Positions 38,528 through 47,628 of a stretch of DNA of 64,000 nt are shown here, in pieces (positions within the stretch are counted from its first letter, which is position 1; each line of letters opens with the position of its first letter). The notes under the pieces were generated by a model. It searched no databases, was not told the origin of the DNA, and saw only the letters and a program-made list of their open reading frames with translations. Source of the DNA: an uncultured Candidatus Saccharibacteria bacterium (lineage in GTDB: Bacteria; Patescibacteriota; CALEFQ01); assembly GCA_965230955.1 (NCBI GenBank), contig OZ246404.1, positions 685,426 to 749,425 of the forward strand. Direction: 5' to 3'. A program made the position numbers and the translations under genes.

Positions 38528-38610
38528 TTAGTCTTTAGTCTTTAGTCTTTAGTCTTTAGTCTTTAGCCGCGTTTTTAGTCTACCGACTAAAGACTAACGA
38601 CCAAAGACCT
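38528..38610. repeat. Heptamer palindromic element, family A (5 perfect TAGTCTT units)
   Basis: (TAGTCTT)x5 at 38529-38563, then inverted gactaaagactaacgaccaaagac. Confidence 0.9.
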
Positions 38611-38617
38611 AGGAAAA

Positions 38618-39085
38618 TTATTGGGCGAAATGAGCAAAAGCTTTATTGGCATCGGCCATTTTGTGAACCATATCGCGCTTGCGGATAGCGCCACCTTCTT
38701 TGTTAGCCGCGTCCATGATTTCAGCCGACAGTTTTTCTTGCATCGAATGGCCCTTTCGGCTTTCGGCCGCGCCGATTATCCAGCGGAAAGCCAGAGCTTG
38801 GCGCCGGTGCCCGCGAACTTCGTGCGGGATCTGATAATTAGCTCCGCCGATTCGCTGGCCTTTGACTTCCAGCAACGGGCCGACATTTTGGATGGCTTTT
38901 TCAAAAATTTCCAGCGGATCCTTTTTGGCCTTTTCTTTAATAATCTCAAATGAACGATAAACAATCTTCTGGGCGATACTCTTCTTCCCCCGTTTCATTA
39001 CGACATTAACAAACTTGGCCACGATAACACTATTGAAAATCGGGTCGGGAGTGATTTTGCGTTTTTTAGCACGAGCTCTGCGCAT
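38618..39085 (-). CDS. rpsG: 30S ribosomal protein S7
   Basis: GKKS.A, RIGGANYQIP, HKMADANKAFAH. Confidence 0.98.
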   Translation of the reverse strand: MRRARAKKRKITPDPIFNSVIVAKFVNVVMKRGKKSIAQKIVYRSFEIIKEKAKKDPLEIFEKAIQNVGPLLEVKGQRIGGANYQIPHEVRGHRRQALAFRWIIGAAESRKGHSMQEKLSAEIMDAANKEGGAIRKRDMVHKMADANKAFAHFAQ

Positions 39086-39087
39086 AA

Positions 39088-39156
39088 TTGGTCTTTAGTC
39101 ATTAGTCTTTGGTCATTGGTTCAGTCGAAAGACGAAAGACCAAAGACGAAAGACCT
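39088..39156. repeat. Heptamer palindromic element, family A
   Basis: tggtctttagtcattagtctttggtcattgg ... gaaagacgaaagaccaaagacgaaagacc. Confidence 0.8.
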
Positions 39157-39163
39157 AAATAAA

Positions 39164-39607
39164 TTATTTAGCGGCTGCTTCTTTCTTCGCCCCACTGCCA
39201 CGTTTAGTACCATATTTTGATCGACCGCGATTACGTCCCTCAACACCGGCAGTATCCAGGCGACCGCGAACAACATGATATCTGACACCGGGTAAATCTT
39301 TGACGCGACCGCCGCGGATCACAACGATAGAATGTTCTTGTAAATTGTGTCCTTCACCCGGAATATAGGCGGTAACTTCCATCCCATTGGTCAAACGGAC
39401 ACGGCAAATCTTCCGCAAAGCCGAGTTAGGCTTCTTCGGAGTGGTGGTGGAAACTTTGATGGCCACACCACGCTTGAACGGACTACCCTTTTTCAGCTTA
39501 ACCGAGCGATTCTTGTTATGGTTAAACTGGCTCTGCAGTGCAGGAACCGTAGATTTGTACTTAGTTTTTTTGCGTCCCTTACGGACGAGCTGATTGATTG
39601 TTGGCAT
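39164..39607 (-). CDS. rpsL: 30S ribosomal protein S12
   Basis: [28 protein letters not shown]; start set at ATG 39607. Confidence 0.99.
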   Translation of the reverse strand: MPTINQLVRKGRKKTKYKSTVPALQSQFNHNKNRSVKLKKGSPFKRGVAIKVSTTTPKKPNSALRKICRVRLTNGMEVTAYIPGEGHNLQEHSIVVIRGGRVKDLPGVRYHVVRGRLDTAGVEGRNRGRSKYGTKRGSGAKKEAAAK

Positions 39608-39647
39608 AAAAATACTTACCACTGTGAATAATCAGTAGACGTGGCCT

Positions 39648-39676
39648 AGTTTAACAAAAGAGTTTTGGGACGTCAA
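39648..39676 (-). promoter_or_regulatory. Promoter of the str operon
   Basis: TTGACG-17 nt-TAAACT with extended TG, same hexamers as the tuf promoter. Confidence 0.7.
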
Positions 39677-39684
39677 GGGCTAGA

Positions 39685-39720
39685 TTAAGATATAAGAATT
39701 AAGATATAAGATTCAAGAAG
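39685..39720. repeat. Heptamer half-element, family D
   Basis: taagatataagaattaagatataagat. Confidence 0.65.
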
Positions 39721-39741
39721 AAATATGGACTTCGGACGGTT

Positions 39742-40497
39742 TTAATTGCCAGATTTAAGGAAATTAGAAACCTTTTTATAAATCCCTTTCTTCTTCATTA
39801 AAATTGAGCCGCCCATATGACCCCCGCTTTTTAATATCGTCAGCCGGCATTCGGTCAGTCGGGCAAATTTTTTAACCGGGGCGATCGAACAGGAATGGTC
39901 ATCTTGAGCATGAATGATTAAAGTTTTTTGGCCAGAAACTTTGCCGGGATCATTAATCGGACTATAAAACTTGCCGGTAAAAAGCTTGCGCCAGTGTTTT
40001 TGCCAGCCACGATAGCCAGCACCGAAAGCATCTCGTACGAAAGGAACTAATTTGGTCGGCGGTTCATCCCGACTGGGATAACGCCAATCAATCACCGGCG
40101 AAATTGCCACCACCTTCGTCACGCGCGGATCGTTGGAAACCAGCAGTGCGGCCGGTCCGCCAAAACTATTTCCGATGACAAATAACTTTTCCGGCTTAAG
40201 CTTATACTTACGGCCGCTCCTCAAGTCCGTGAAACCTCGCGGCAGCTGGTCAATAATATCCAAAATATCTTGGTGGGGAGAGACTTTTAAGAATTCTCCC
40301 CCGCTCTCCCAACTGCCACGATAGCGAGGTAAAAACACCCAATACCCTTTGGCGGAAAAAAAGCGTAACAGAGCGTCTTTTTTCGGAATACTGGGCATCC
40401 CGCTACACAAAATAATCACCTTCCGGGAAGGCTTGCGAGGAGATAAAAATTCAGACACAATGTCTTGGGCAAAACGGGTGCGAAGTATTTCGGGCAT
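39742..40497 (-). CDS. Alpha/beta hydrolase (S9-like)
   Basis: YRGSWES, GNSFGG nucleophile elbow, HAQDD, GGH. Confidence 0.85.
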   Translation of the reverse strand: MPEILRTRFAQDIVSEFLSPRKPSRKVIILCSGMPSIPKKDALLRFFSAKGYWVFLPRYRGSWESGGEFLKVSPHQDILDIIDQLPRGFTDLRSGRKYKLKPEKLFVIGNSFGGPAALLVSNDPRVTKVVAISPVIDWRYPSRDEPPTKLVPFVRDAFGAGYRGWQKHWRKLFTGKFYSPINDPGKVSGQKTLIIHAQDDHSCSIAPVKKFARLTECRLTILKSGGHMGGSILMKKKGIYKKVSNFLKSGN

Positions 40498-40503
40498 AAT
40501 AAT

Positions 40504-40578
40504 TTAAGATGTAAGATATAAGAATTAAGAACAGAAGACGTTTTATCTTACATTTTATTTCTTAAATCTTATATCTTA
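40504..40578. repeat. Heptamer palindromic element, family D
   Basis: taagatgtaagatataagaattaaga ... tcttacattttatttcttaaatcttatatctta. Confidence 0.75.
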
Positions 40579-41202
40579 GAATATCAAACTATATACCCAC
40601 TGCACCACCGTGTTGAAAAAAGCGCCGAAAAAAGAGCCGGCAAAAATAACGACAAAAATAAGTAAATACGAACCCCAACGTTCAAATGCCATCACGGCAC
40701 CAAGAGCACGCGCAGGTAAGAATGCGTATATAACTTTGGATCCGTCTAAAGGCGGAATCGGAATCAGGTTAAAAACCGCCAGCACAACATTAATCACGAT
40801 CATGGCATTCAACAATTGAATCAATCCGTTTTCGAAAGGGATTGCGCTGTAAATGACAAACAACTTAAGTATTACGGCAAAAATGGCCGCCAGGACGATA
40901 TTCATAAGTGGCCCCGCCAGCGAGACAAAAGCCGGTCCCCAGCGTTGATATTTAAGATTGTAGGGATTAAACGGCACTGGACGCCCCCAGCCGAAACCAG
41001 CGAAAATTAAAAGCAGCGTCCCGACAATATCGAGATGCTTGAGCGGATTGACCGTCAGCCGCCCTAAATCTTTGGCGGTGTTATCGCCCAGCGTGTAAGC
41101 CATCCAAGCGTGAGCAAATTCGTGCAGTGAAATCGAAAGAACCATGGCCACAATCCAGGCTAAGGCGACAATTGGAGATGAGAATAGTAAATCAAAAAGC
41201 AT
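40576..41202 (-). CDS. Site-2 protease (M50) family membrane protease
   Basis: [20 protein letters not shown]. Confidence 0.93.
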   Translation of the reverse strand: MLFDLLFSSPIVALAWIVAMVLSISLHEFAHAWMAYTLGDNTAKDLGRLTVNPLKHLDIVGTLLLIFAGFGWGRPVPFNPYNLKYQRWGPAFVSLAGPLMNIVLAAIFAVILKLFVIYSAIPFENGLIQLLNAMIVINVVLAVFNLIPIPPLDGSKVIYAFLPARALGAVMAFERWGSYLLIFVVIFAGSFFGAFFNTVVQWVYSLIF

Positions 41203-41240
41203 ATAGTCTTATGTTAGCGAGTCTGGAGGATATTTCAAGG

Positions 41241-41362
41241 AAAATTTAAAATCTAAAAATTAAATTCAAAAGAAATTCACAACATAAAATCTAAAATATT
41301 CAAGTCTTTTTAATTTTCATTTAAAATTTCTTTTTATTTTTTTATTTTAAGCTTTGGATTTC
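41241..41362. repeat. Heptamer-periodic palindromic element, family F
   Basis: aaaatttaaaatctaaaaattaaattcaaaag ... inverted T-rich half. Confidence 0.5.
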
Positions 41363-41376
41363 AACCCTATCTACTC

Positions 41377-41405
41377 TTGCCAATCTTCTCTTATTCATAT
41401 ATACT
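41377..41405 (+). promoter_or_regulatory. Promoter of rpmB-ferredoxin
   Basis: TTGCCA-17 nt-TATACT. Confidence 0.6.
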
Positions 41406-41444
41406 CTTCTTTGTCCCTATAACTTTCACTAAATATACAAATCT

Positions 41445-41624
41445 ATGTCTCGCGTTTGCTCTATCTGCGGCAAAGGCTCAAAAGTCGTCACTAAGACCGT
41501 ATTTTTGCGTTCGCATACCAATCCCACCGGCAAGAGACGCCAATACCCCAACCTGCAAAAAACGACTTATCAGGGCAAAAAGGTTCGAGCCTGCGTTAGC
41601 TGTATCAAAAAACAGAACAAGACT

Positions 41625-41630
<6 letters not shown>
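41445..41630 (+). CDS. rpmB: 50S ribosomal protein L28
   Basis: MSRVCSICGK...KRRQYPNLQ...CVSCIK. Confidence 0.9.
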
Positions 41631-41862
<232 letters not shown>

Positions 41863-41875
41863 TTCCACGCCAATT

Positions 41876-41907
41876 AAAAAGGTGTGGCCTTTTGGCCACA
41901 CCTTTTT
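41876..41907. terminator. Bidirectional intrinsic terminator
   Basis: AAAAAGGTGTGGCC-TTT-GGCCACACCTTTTT between convergent genes. Confidence 0.85.
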
Positions 41908-41918
41908 AATTGGCGAAA

Positions 41919-42581
41919 TTATTTCCCCTGCAGCAGATCCATAATCTTCGGCACCATTTCATCCGGTCCGGCCGTCGCTCGAAAAACTTTGACCAGCCCC
42001 TTTTTATTGTAATACATAATAATCGGGTCGGTCAGCTTGTGATAAAACATCAAGCGCTGTTTGACCGTTTCTTCCGTGTCGTCACTGCGTTGCATGAGCT
42101 TGCCGCCGCATTTATCACACTGGCCGTCTTGTTTCGGCATTAGAGCCGGCATCTTTATCCCCTGTTCGTCAATTTCAATGACGTTGTATATTTCTCCGCA
42201 TTTTTCACAAACGCGACGCGCCGTGATTTTTTTGATCAAAATATTTTCGGGTAAATCGACATGCAAAACAGTATCAATCGGGGTAATTTCTTCCAAAATT
42301 TTAGCCTGCTCCAGATTGCGCGGAAACCCATCCAGAATAAAACCCTTTTGAGCATCGGGTTTTTTCAATCTCTCTTTAATCATGCCCACAATCATCTCAT
42401 CAGGCACCAATTTCCCTTGGTCCATGAATACTTTGGCTTCGCGCCCCAATTCGTTCCCCTTCTTTACTTCGGCTCGCAGCAAATCACCGCTGGAAATATG
42501 CGGAATGCCGAGCTTCGGACCGATTTTTTTGGCATACGTCCCCTTGCCCACTCCCGGGGCACCGATGAAAATCAGTTTCAT
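41919..42581 (-). CDS. adk: Adenylate kinase (zinc-lid type)
   Basis: GAPGVGKGT, LDGFPR, CEKC..CDKC lid, RSDD. Confidence 0.96.
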   Translation of the reverse strand: MKLIFIGAPGVGKGTYAKKIGPKLGIPHISSGDLLRAEVKKGNELGREAKVFMDQGKLVPDEMIVGMIKERLKKPDAQKGFILDGFPRNLEQAKILEEITPIDTVLHVDLPENILIKKITARRVCEKCGEIYNVIEIDEQGIKMPALMPKQDGQCDKCGGKLMQRSDDTEETVKQRLMFYHKLTDPIIMYYNKKGLVKVFRATAGPDEMVPKIMDLLQGK

Positions 42582-42597
42582 AGATTTTATTAGTAAA

Positions 42598-43737
42598 TTA
42601 TTTAATCAACTGAATGATATCCTGCGCCACCGCCACGGCCGCTCGGGGCCGAGCCAAACGGGCGATGTTTTCTTTGATTGACGCTTGTTTGGCTTGATCG
42701 CGGAAAAACAAATTCAATTTGTAATCTAGTAAATCCGGAATCTCGACATTAAGCGCCGCTCCCTGCTCCAAAACAAAATTACGATTAGTTTCCTCCTGGC
42801 CCATAATCGGATTGACAATCATCAGCGGCAAACCCATCGACAGAGTTTCGGCGATAGTTAGTCCGCCCGACTTGGAAATCAGCACATCCGCCAGAGCATA
42901 GTATTCTTCGATATTAGAAACCCGGTCAATCACCCTTAAATCATGCGCCGTATGGCGCAGAGCTTCGATCATAGTCGCCCTGACCTTGGGCGAGGAGGCA
43001 ATCACAAATCCTTGCAAAGATAAGTGCATCTGCTGAAGCTGTCGAGTCATTTTAGTCAGAAAAATCTTTTCGATGCCGTCAAGAATCATCAAAACGGTCG
43101 GCTGGCTCAGCTTCAGTTGGTACTTGGACCGCAACTGCGCCTGATCAAACTTTTGAGAAAATCGATCGCTGATCGGGATGCCCAAGGCCTTCACAATCTC
43201 CGGATTAACTCCCTGGGACTTAATATAGGCGCCGACTTCCTCAGTCGCCACATAATACCGCTCGACCGTCGGGTGAACCCAAAAACGGTGTCCGCTAAAA
43301 TCCGTCAAAACAGCCAAGTTTTTTGCCTGGGGAAATTTATGATGCTTCTTCCAGTACGATACCAGACTAAGCGGCAAATGATGGGTATTAATAATCGCAT
43401 CCGGCTCGAACTTCTTGATTAGGCGTTCAAGCTTCCAGGCATTCATTTCCTCCATCACTACACGAGGCTTAAATACAATTTGCTGAAATTTTCTGAAATC
43501 TTCTGTTTCCTTGTAAATATACTTCCAAGCCACCGGAGCTCGGCGAATAGCAAACCCGTACCAGTCTTTATAGATACCTTCAACTAACTTGCTTATATAT
43601 TCCAGGGAATCTACCGTTTGAATTTCCCAATTTGGACGGAGTTGCTGCAATTTTTCCTGAATAGCCAACGACGCCCGCAAATGGCCGCTGCCGATGGAAG
43701 CCTGGAGCAATAAAATTTTCTTGGTATCAGTAGGCAT
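42598..43737 (-). CDS. MGDG synthase / UgtP-like GT28 glycolipid glycosyltransferase
   Basis: GSGH, NTHH, TDF..H..W, GIP, SKSGGLT..E, GQEETN; start set at ATG 43737. Confidence 0.88.
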   Translation of the reverse strand: MPTDTKKILLLQASIGSGHLRASLAIQEKLQQLRPNWEIQTVDSLEYISKLVEGIYKDWYGFAIRRAPVAWKYIYKETEDFRKFQQIVFKPRVVMEEMNAWKLERLIKKFEPDAIINTHHLPLSLVSYWKKHHKFPQAKNLAVLTDFSGHRFWVHPTVERYYVATEEVGAYIKSQGVNPEIVKALGIPISDRFSQKFDQAQLRSKYQLKLSQPTVLMILDGIEKIFLTKMTRQLQQMHLSLQGFVIASSPKVRATMIEALRHTAHDLRVIDRVSNIEEYYALADVLISKSGGLTIAETLSMGLPLMIVNPIMGQEETNRNFVLEQGAALNVEIPDLLDYKLNLFFRDQAKQASIKENIARLARPRAAVAVAQDIIQLIK

Positions 43738-43739
43738 AG

Positions 43740-43823
43740 GGACAAATAACAGGTAAAAAGTAACAGGTAACAAAAGGGATTAATCATTCCAATTTGTGAC
43801 CTGTTACTTGTGACTTGTTACCT
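43740..43823. repeat. Heptamer palindromic element, family C
   Basis: aataacaggtaaaaagtaacaggtaaca ... tgtgacctgttacttgtgacttgttacct. Confidence 0.75.
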
Positions 43824-43839
43824 GATTCTAACAAACCTT

Positions 43840-44664
43840 TTATTCCAAGTCTACAGTAATATCCCCATCTTGATCAGTCCGCCTGATGACAATCCCCGCT
43901 TGTTCCACCCGCTGAAGTGTCTCACTGGCCGGATGGCCAAAGCGATTGTCAGCGCCCACAGAAAAAATCACTTCTTGCGGCGACACGGCCTTGATCCAGG
44001 CGGCACTGGTGGAATTTTTACTGCCGTGATGACCGGCTTTCAGTATATCGGCCGCGACATTCGACCGGTGATCGAGCAGTTGTTCCTCCACATCAAAACC
44101 GGCATCACCGGATATAAGGATCGACTTTTTCGGAGAATCCACCCGAACCACCACCGAGGTATCATTAATATTTTTCGGCGTTTGACCGCGCCACTGATCT
44201 TCTTCGAGTGGAAATAAGACAGACAGACGAGCCGAGCCGATTTCAAACTGATCACCCGCGTTCGCTATTTCTTCCGTTGCTCCTTCCCGGGATAATGAAT
44301 CCAGGAAGGTCTCAAAATCCCGGCCCTTGTTCAGAGCTCCCGTCCAGACAAAAGTTTTCACGTCAAATCGATCCAGGACATCAATCAGGCCGGCAAAATG
44401 ATCGCTGTCAGCGTGAGTCAAAATAACCACTTCTATCTCTCGGTCAAAATAAGGCATGGCTTCGCCTAATTTTTCAACGATAGTACGCGACGGACCGCCA
44501 TCAACCAATATCTGGGTCGTCCCCTTTTGGATCAGAGCGGCGTCCCCTTGCCCGACGTCAAAAAAAGTCAGCGTAGCGGGTATTTGTGACTGGCAACCGG
44601 CTACTGCTACCAAGACGGCAGTAATGCCGATGGCGACTAAACTATAAAGTAAATTCTTTTTCAT
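43840..44664 (-). CDS. ComEC-type metallo-beta-lactamase domain protein (stand-alone)
   Basis: FDVGQGDA, THADSDH, ND.S.V, GDA, GHHGS, N.FGHP, RTD..G. Confidence 0.92.
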   Translation of the reverse strand: MKKNLLYSLVAIGITAVLVAVAGCQSQIPATLTFFDVGQGDAALIQKGTTQILVDGGPSRTIVEKLGEAMPYFDREIEVVILTHADSDHFAGLIDVLDRFDVKTFVWTGALNKGRDFETFLDSLSREGATEEIANAGDQFEIGSARLSVLFPLEEDQWRGQTPKNINDTSVVVRVDSPKKSILISGDAGFDVEEQLLDHRSNVAADILKAGHHGSKNSTSAAWIKAVSPQEVIFSVGADNRFGHPASETLQRVEQAGIVIRRTDQDGDITVDLE

Positions 44665-44676
44665 GAATTTCTAGTC

Positions 44677-44705
44677 TTGACAAATAGAAATAATTGGCTT
44701 AATAT
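44677..44705 (+). promoter_or_regulatory. Sigma70-type promoter of the candidate ncRNA
   Basis: TTGACA-17 nt-TAATAT. Confidence 0.6.
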
Positions 44706-44713
44706 CCTAAATT

Positions 44714-44848
44714 GGATCGTCAGTCAGTATTTGGCATAAACCTCATCAAGCGCCGGCAGCAATGGAGTAGTCTAGGTTGTCCACCGACATCCCAAGCATT
44801 CCAGATTCCGGCCCAAGACGGAGCAGCCATCTAAAGACTTTCTGATCC
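44714..44848 (+). ncRNA. Candidate rod-shaped ncRNA (6S RNA-like)
   Basis: Nested pairings GGAUCG/UGAUCC, AGUC/GACU, UGGC/GCCA, GCCGG/CCGGC, UGGA/UCCA, UGUC/GACA; bounded by a promoter and a terminator. Confidence 0.55.
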
Positions 44849-44849
44849 C

Positions 44850-44889
44850 GCCCTCGACTTCTACGGAAGTTCGAGGGCTCATTTTTTTT
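44850..44889 (+). terminator. Intrinsic terminator
   Basis: GCCCTCGACTTC-TACG-GAAGTTCGAGGGC followed by T8. Confidence 0.7.
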
Positions 44890-46333
44890 CCCGGCTCTGC
44901 TTTTTCATCATTTCCCACGCCAAAACAGAAATCACAATAACCATATAGACAGCTAAAACTAACCACCGCCCTTCACCGGCTATCTGCATTGACACCCCGG
45001 GGAGGGACGCTCCCCATTTTACCACTCTTATCCCGTACGTCAGAATCAGCCAAGCCGGATAAGACGCGATCTCCCCCAGCGGCACCGCCACCAGTCCGGC
45101 CAGAGCGACGATAAAAGACGCCGTCATCGCCATCGGAATCGAGGGAAGCAAGATGACATTGATGATTGGCGCGAGCGGAGATACCTGACCGAAATATACC
45201 AAGCTAATCGGAAAAGTCATGGCATTGGCGGACAAAGTCGCCGTCAGGGATTCCCGTAACATCAAAACTTTTGGAACTTTTATCAGATATTTTTCCAACA
45301 GCGGTCCGACATAAACCAATCCCAACACGGCCATAAAAGACAGCTGGAAGCCAATATCAAATCTCAGCACCAACGGATTTATTGCCACCATAATAACCGC
45401 CGTGGCTACCAAGACATTCCGCACGCCGGAAGTTCGACCGCTCTGTTGCGCCAATAACACCAATCCTCCCATCAGCGCCGCACGCACCACCGAGGCTTGC
45501 GCCCCCGTGATCAAAACAAAAGCCGTAATTCCGATTACCGCGATGAAAAAAGACCAGCGCCGACCGGCCCATTTGGTCGCACTGATCATCAAGGTCGCCA
45601 CAATGGTAATGTTATAACCGGAAACCGCCATGACATGCATCGTTCCGCTATCCCGAAAAGCTGATTGGGTCAATTCTCCCACGGCAGATTTTTGACCGAG
45701 CAATATTCCCAAAGCAAAACCCGCTTCCGGCTCCGGCACGGTTTTTTGAAGTGATTGGGCCAGATACTTTTTGGCAACCAAAAGTGCCGCCAGTACCGGA
45801 TTACCTCCCCGGCCGATCACTTCAATCGCCGGCTCATACATAGTTGAATAAATGCCGTACCGCGCCAAATAGTTTTGATAATCAAATTCGGCGAAATTTT
45901 CCGGAGCCTGGAGCTTCCCGCCAAACTCGATTTTCTGTCCATACTCATAAGTCGGATAACGCGGCACCAAAACCAAAACCTTGCCCGCCGCCGCTTCTCC
46001 CTCTGCCTGTTCAACCGCTACGATGAGTTTAGTCCGCGCGGCTAGTTCTTCCGGTTCGGCCGCAATCGTCCCGGTTAATTTTACCTTTTGATCGTTCCAA
46101 TTCCCGACATGATTATCCGGCAGATCTCTCGCCTGACACAGGCGAATCATTCCCAAACCAATAAACAATATTATCAAACCCATCATTAGGCACTTACTAT
46201 TTATCAGGGCCAGGAAAAACCCCGCCGATAATAGTGCCACGGGCCAATACCAATCCGGTTCCCAAAAAGATGCTATTCCCACCCCCGAGAGGAAAGCCGC
46301 TCCGGACCAGAAGAAAATTTTTCCGCGAGACAT
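44879..46333 (-). CDS. comEC: ComEC/Rec2 competence protein (DUF4131 + Competence domain)
   Basis: FDY..YL, H.MAVSGYN, SVVRAALM, DIGFQLSF, N..LLP. Confidence 0.93.
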   Translation of the reverse strand: MSRGKIFFWSGAAFLSGVGIASFWEPDWYWPVALLSAGFFLALINSKCLMMGLIILFIGLGMIRLCQARDLPDNHVGNWNDQKVKLTGTIAAEPEELAARTKLIVAVEQAEGEAAAGKVLVLVPRYPTYEYGQKIEFGGKLQAPENFAEFDYQNYLARYGIYSTMYEPAIEVIGRGGNPVLAALLVAKKYLAQSLQKTVPEPEAGFALGILLGQKSAVGELTQSAFRDSGTMHVMAVSGYNITIVATLMISATKWAGRRWSFFIAVIGITAFVLITGAQASVVRAALMGGLVLLAQQSGRTSGVRNVLVATAVIMVAINPLVLRFDIGFQLSFMAVLGLVYVGPLLEKYLIKVPKVLMLRESLTATLSANAMTFPISLVYFGQVSPLAPIINVILLPSIPMAMTASFIVALAGLVAVPLGEIASYPAWLILTYGIRVVKWGASLPGVSMQIAGEGRWLVLAVYMVIVISVLAWEMMKKQSREKK

Positions 46334-46360
46334 AAAAGAAACCCTCAGGGAGGGTTTTTA

Positions 46361-46388
46361 TAGTCTTTGGTCTTTAGTCTTTAGACTC
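46361..46388. repeat. Heptamer half-element, family A
   Basis: tagtctttggtctttagtctttagac; contains the DUF167 stop codon. Confidence 0.7.
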
Positions 46389-46616
46389 TAGGCTAGTTAT
46401 TTCTACAATTTTTTCTCGGCTTTTTAGCCCATGCACGATATGTACCGCTCGTTTCTTCACCTGGTACCAATCGGCCAGACTGGCAATTACCGCCTGGTTA
46501 GCCTTACCGTCAACCGCCGGTTCGGTAACGTAAACTTTTAAGGAATCAGGAGCCGACTGAGCTTCAATCCGAGCCTGCTTGGCTCGTGACACGACTTTTA
46601 TATTAATCCTGATCAT
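46374..46616 (-). CDS. DUF167 (YggU-like) protein
   Basis: V..PAVDGKAN, G.KSREK; start set at ATG 46616. Confidence 0.88.
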   Translation of the reverse strand: MIRINIKVVSRAKQARIEAQSAPDSLKVYVTEPAVDGKANQAVIASLADWYQVKKRAVHIVHGLKSREKIVEITSLESKD

Positions 46617-46652
46617 CTGAAGAAATTTAGCATATTTACCACTGATTGGCAA

Positions 46653-47342
46653 TCAACGCACCTGACATTTCTCCACATAACGCCTCGCCACCTCCGCCAG
46701 CGCTCGCATCTCCTCCGGCGCAAAACTACGCTCCTGCATAAACGCCTCGTCCAAGGTATTCCGCGGGACAAAATTTTGGAGATAATACAGCTGCGCGCCT
46801 TTGATAAAACGAGCCATTTTTTCAACTTCGGCTTCCGGATGGAAGCGCGGCAAGATGGTCGAACGAAATTCATAGCCGATCTTGCCTTCCATCACGATCT
46901 GCACACTCTCTTTGATCTTGGCCATGTCAACATTGACCCCGCTCACTTCGGCATATTTTTCGGGCGAAGCTTTGATATCAAAGGCCACGTAGTCAATGAG
47001 TTTCTGGGTATATAAATCTTTGAGCAATCGAGGATTGGTCCCGTTGGTATCGAGTTTTACCGCCAAACCCAATTTTTTAATGGCGGCGATGAAGGAAACA
47101 ATGTCGTTATAAATCAAAGGTTCTCCCCCGGTCACGCAGACACCTTCCAGGTATTTGCGCCGCTGTTTCAAATAACCCAAAACTTCCTCCGGCGATATTT
47201 TTTGGAGCCACTGTTCATTTAATACCAGATTACGATTGTGGCAAAACGGACAGCGGAAATTACAGCCCGCCAAAAATATCGTGGAAGCGATTTTCCCGGG
47301 GTAATCGATGAAGGTGGTTTTTTGGATCCCGCTGATAATCAT
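46653..47342 (-). CDS. nrdG: Anaerobic ribonucleotide reductase activating enzyme (radical SAM)
   Basis: DYPG, GCNFRCPFCHN, TGGEP, KLDTNG, DIKA. Confidence 0.93.
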   Translation of the reverse strand: MIISGIQKTTFIDYPGKIASTIFLAGCNFRCPFCHNRNLVLNEQWLQKISPEEVLGYLKQRRKYLEGVCVTGGEPLIYNDIVSFIAAIKKLGLAVKLDTNGTNPRLLKDLYTQKLIDYVAFDIKASPEKYAEVSGVNVDMAKIKESVQIVMEGKIGYEFRSTILPRFHPEAEVEKMARFIKGAQLYYLQNFVPRNTLDEAFMQERSFAPEEMRALAEVARRYVEKCQVR

Positions 47343-47353
47343 AATAAGCAAGC

Positions 47354-47401
47354 AAAGAGAGCGTGAAAGTTTGAGACCGATTAGTATAACACGCTCTCTT
47401 T
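47354..47401. other. Inverted repeat between the small NrdD subunit gene and nrdG
   Basis: AAAGAGAGCGTG ... CACGCTCTCTTT (12-bp stem, 24-nt loop). Confidence 0.6.
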
Positions 47402-47424
47402 AGGGAGAGAAGCTGGTTTTAAAA

Positions 47425-47595
47425 TTAGTGGTTGCCGCAGCCGCAAATGTGGGAAGATTTGTCGCCGACGCTATAAGTCTTGCGATCAGACCATTCGCCG
47501 CCGATCCCCTTGCCCTTGTTCCAATTCTGAACCGGATTGTGATATCCGACCACTCGGCTATAAACTAAAGTTTTTTTGCCGCATTTTGATTCCAT
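47425..47595 (-). CDS. Stand-alone glycyl-radical domain of class III RNR (split NrdD small subunit, 56 aa)
   Basis: MESKCGKKTLVYSRVVGYHNPVQNWNKGKGIGGEWSDRKTYSVGDKSSHICGCGNH carries the YSRVVGY glycyl-radical motif and WNKGK that the upstream NrdD lacks. Confidence 0.9.
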   Translation of the reverse strand: MESKCGKKTLVYSRVVGYHNPVQNWNKGKGIGGEWSDRKTYSVGDKSSHICGCGNH

Positions 47596-47628
47596 AGGAT
47601 TGTAATTTGTTTTTATATAATTAATTAT

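Noticed and set aside
38528-38610. Heptamer arrays as CRISPR
   Set aside because: The 7-bp units have no unique spacers and there are no cas genes
44790-44830. SRP (4.5S) RNA, suggested by AGCAGCC
   Set aside because: It lacks the CAGG...GNRA...AGCAG helix-8 arrangement
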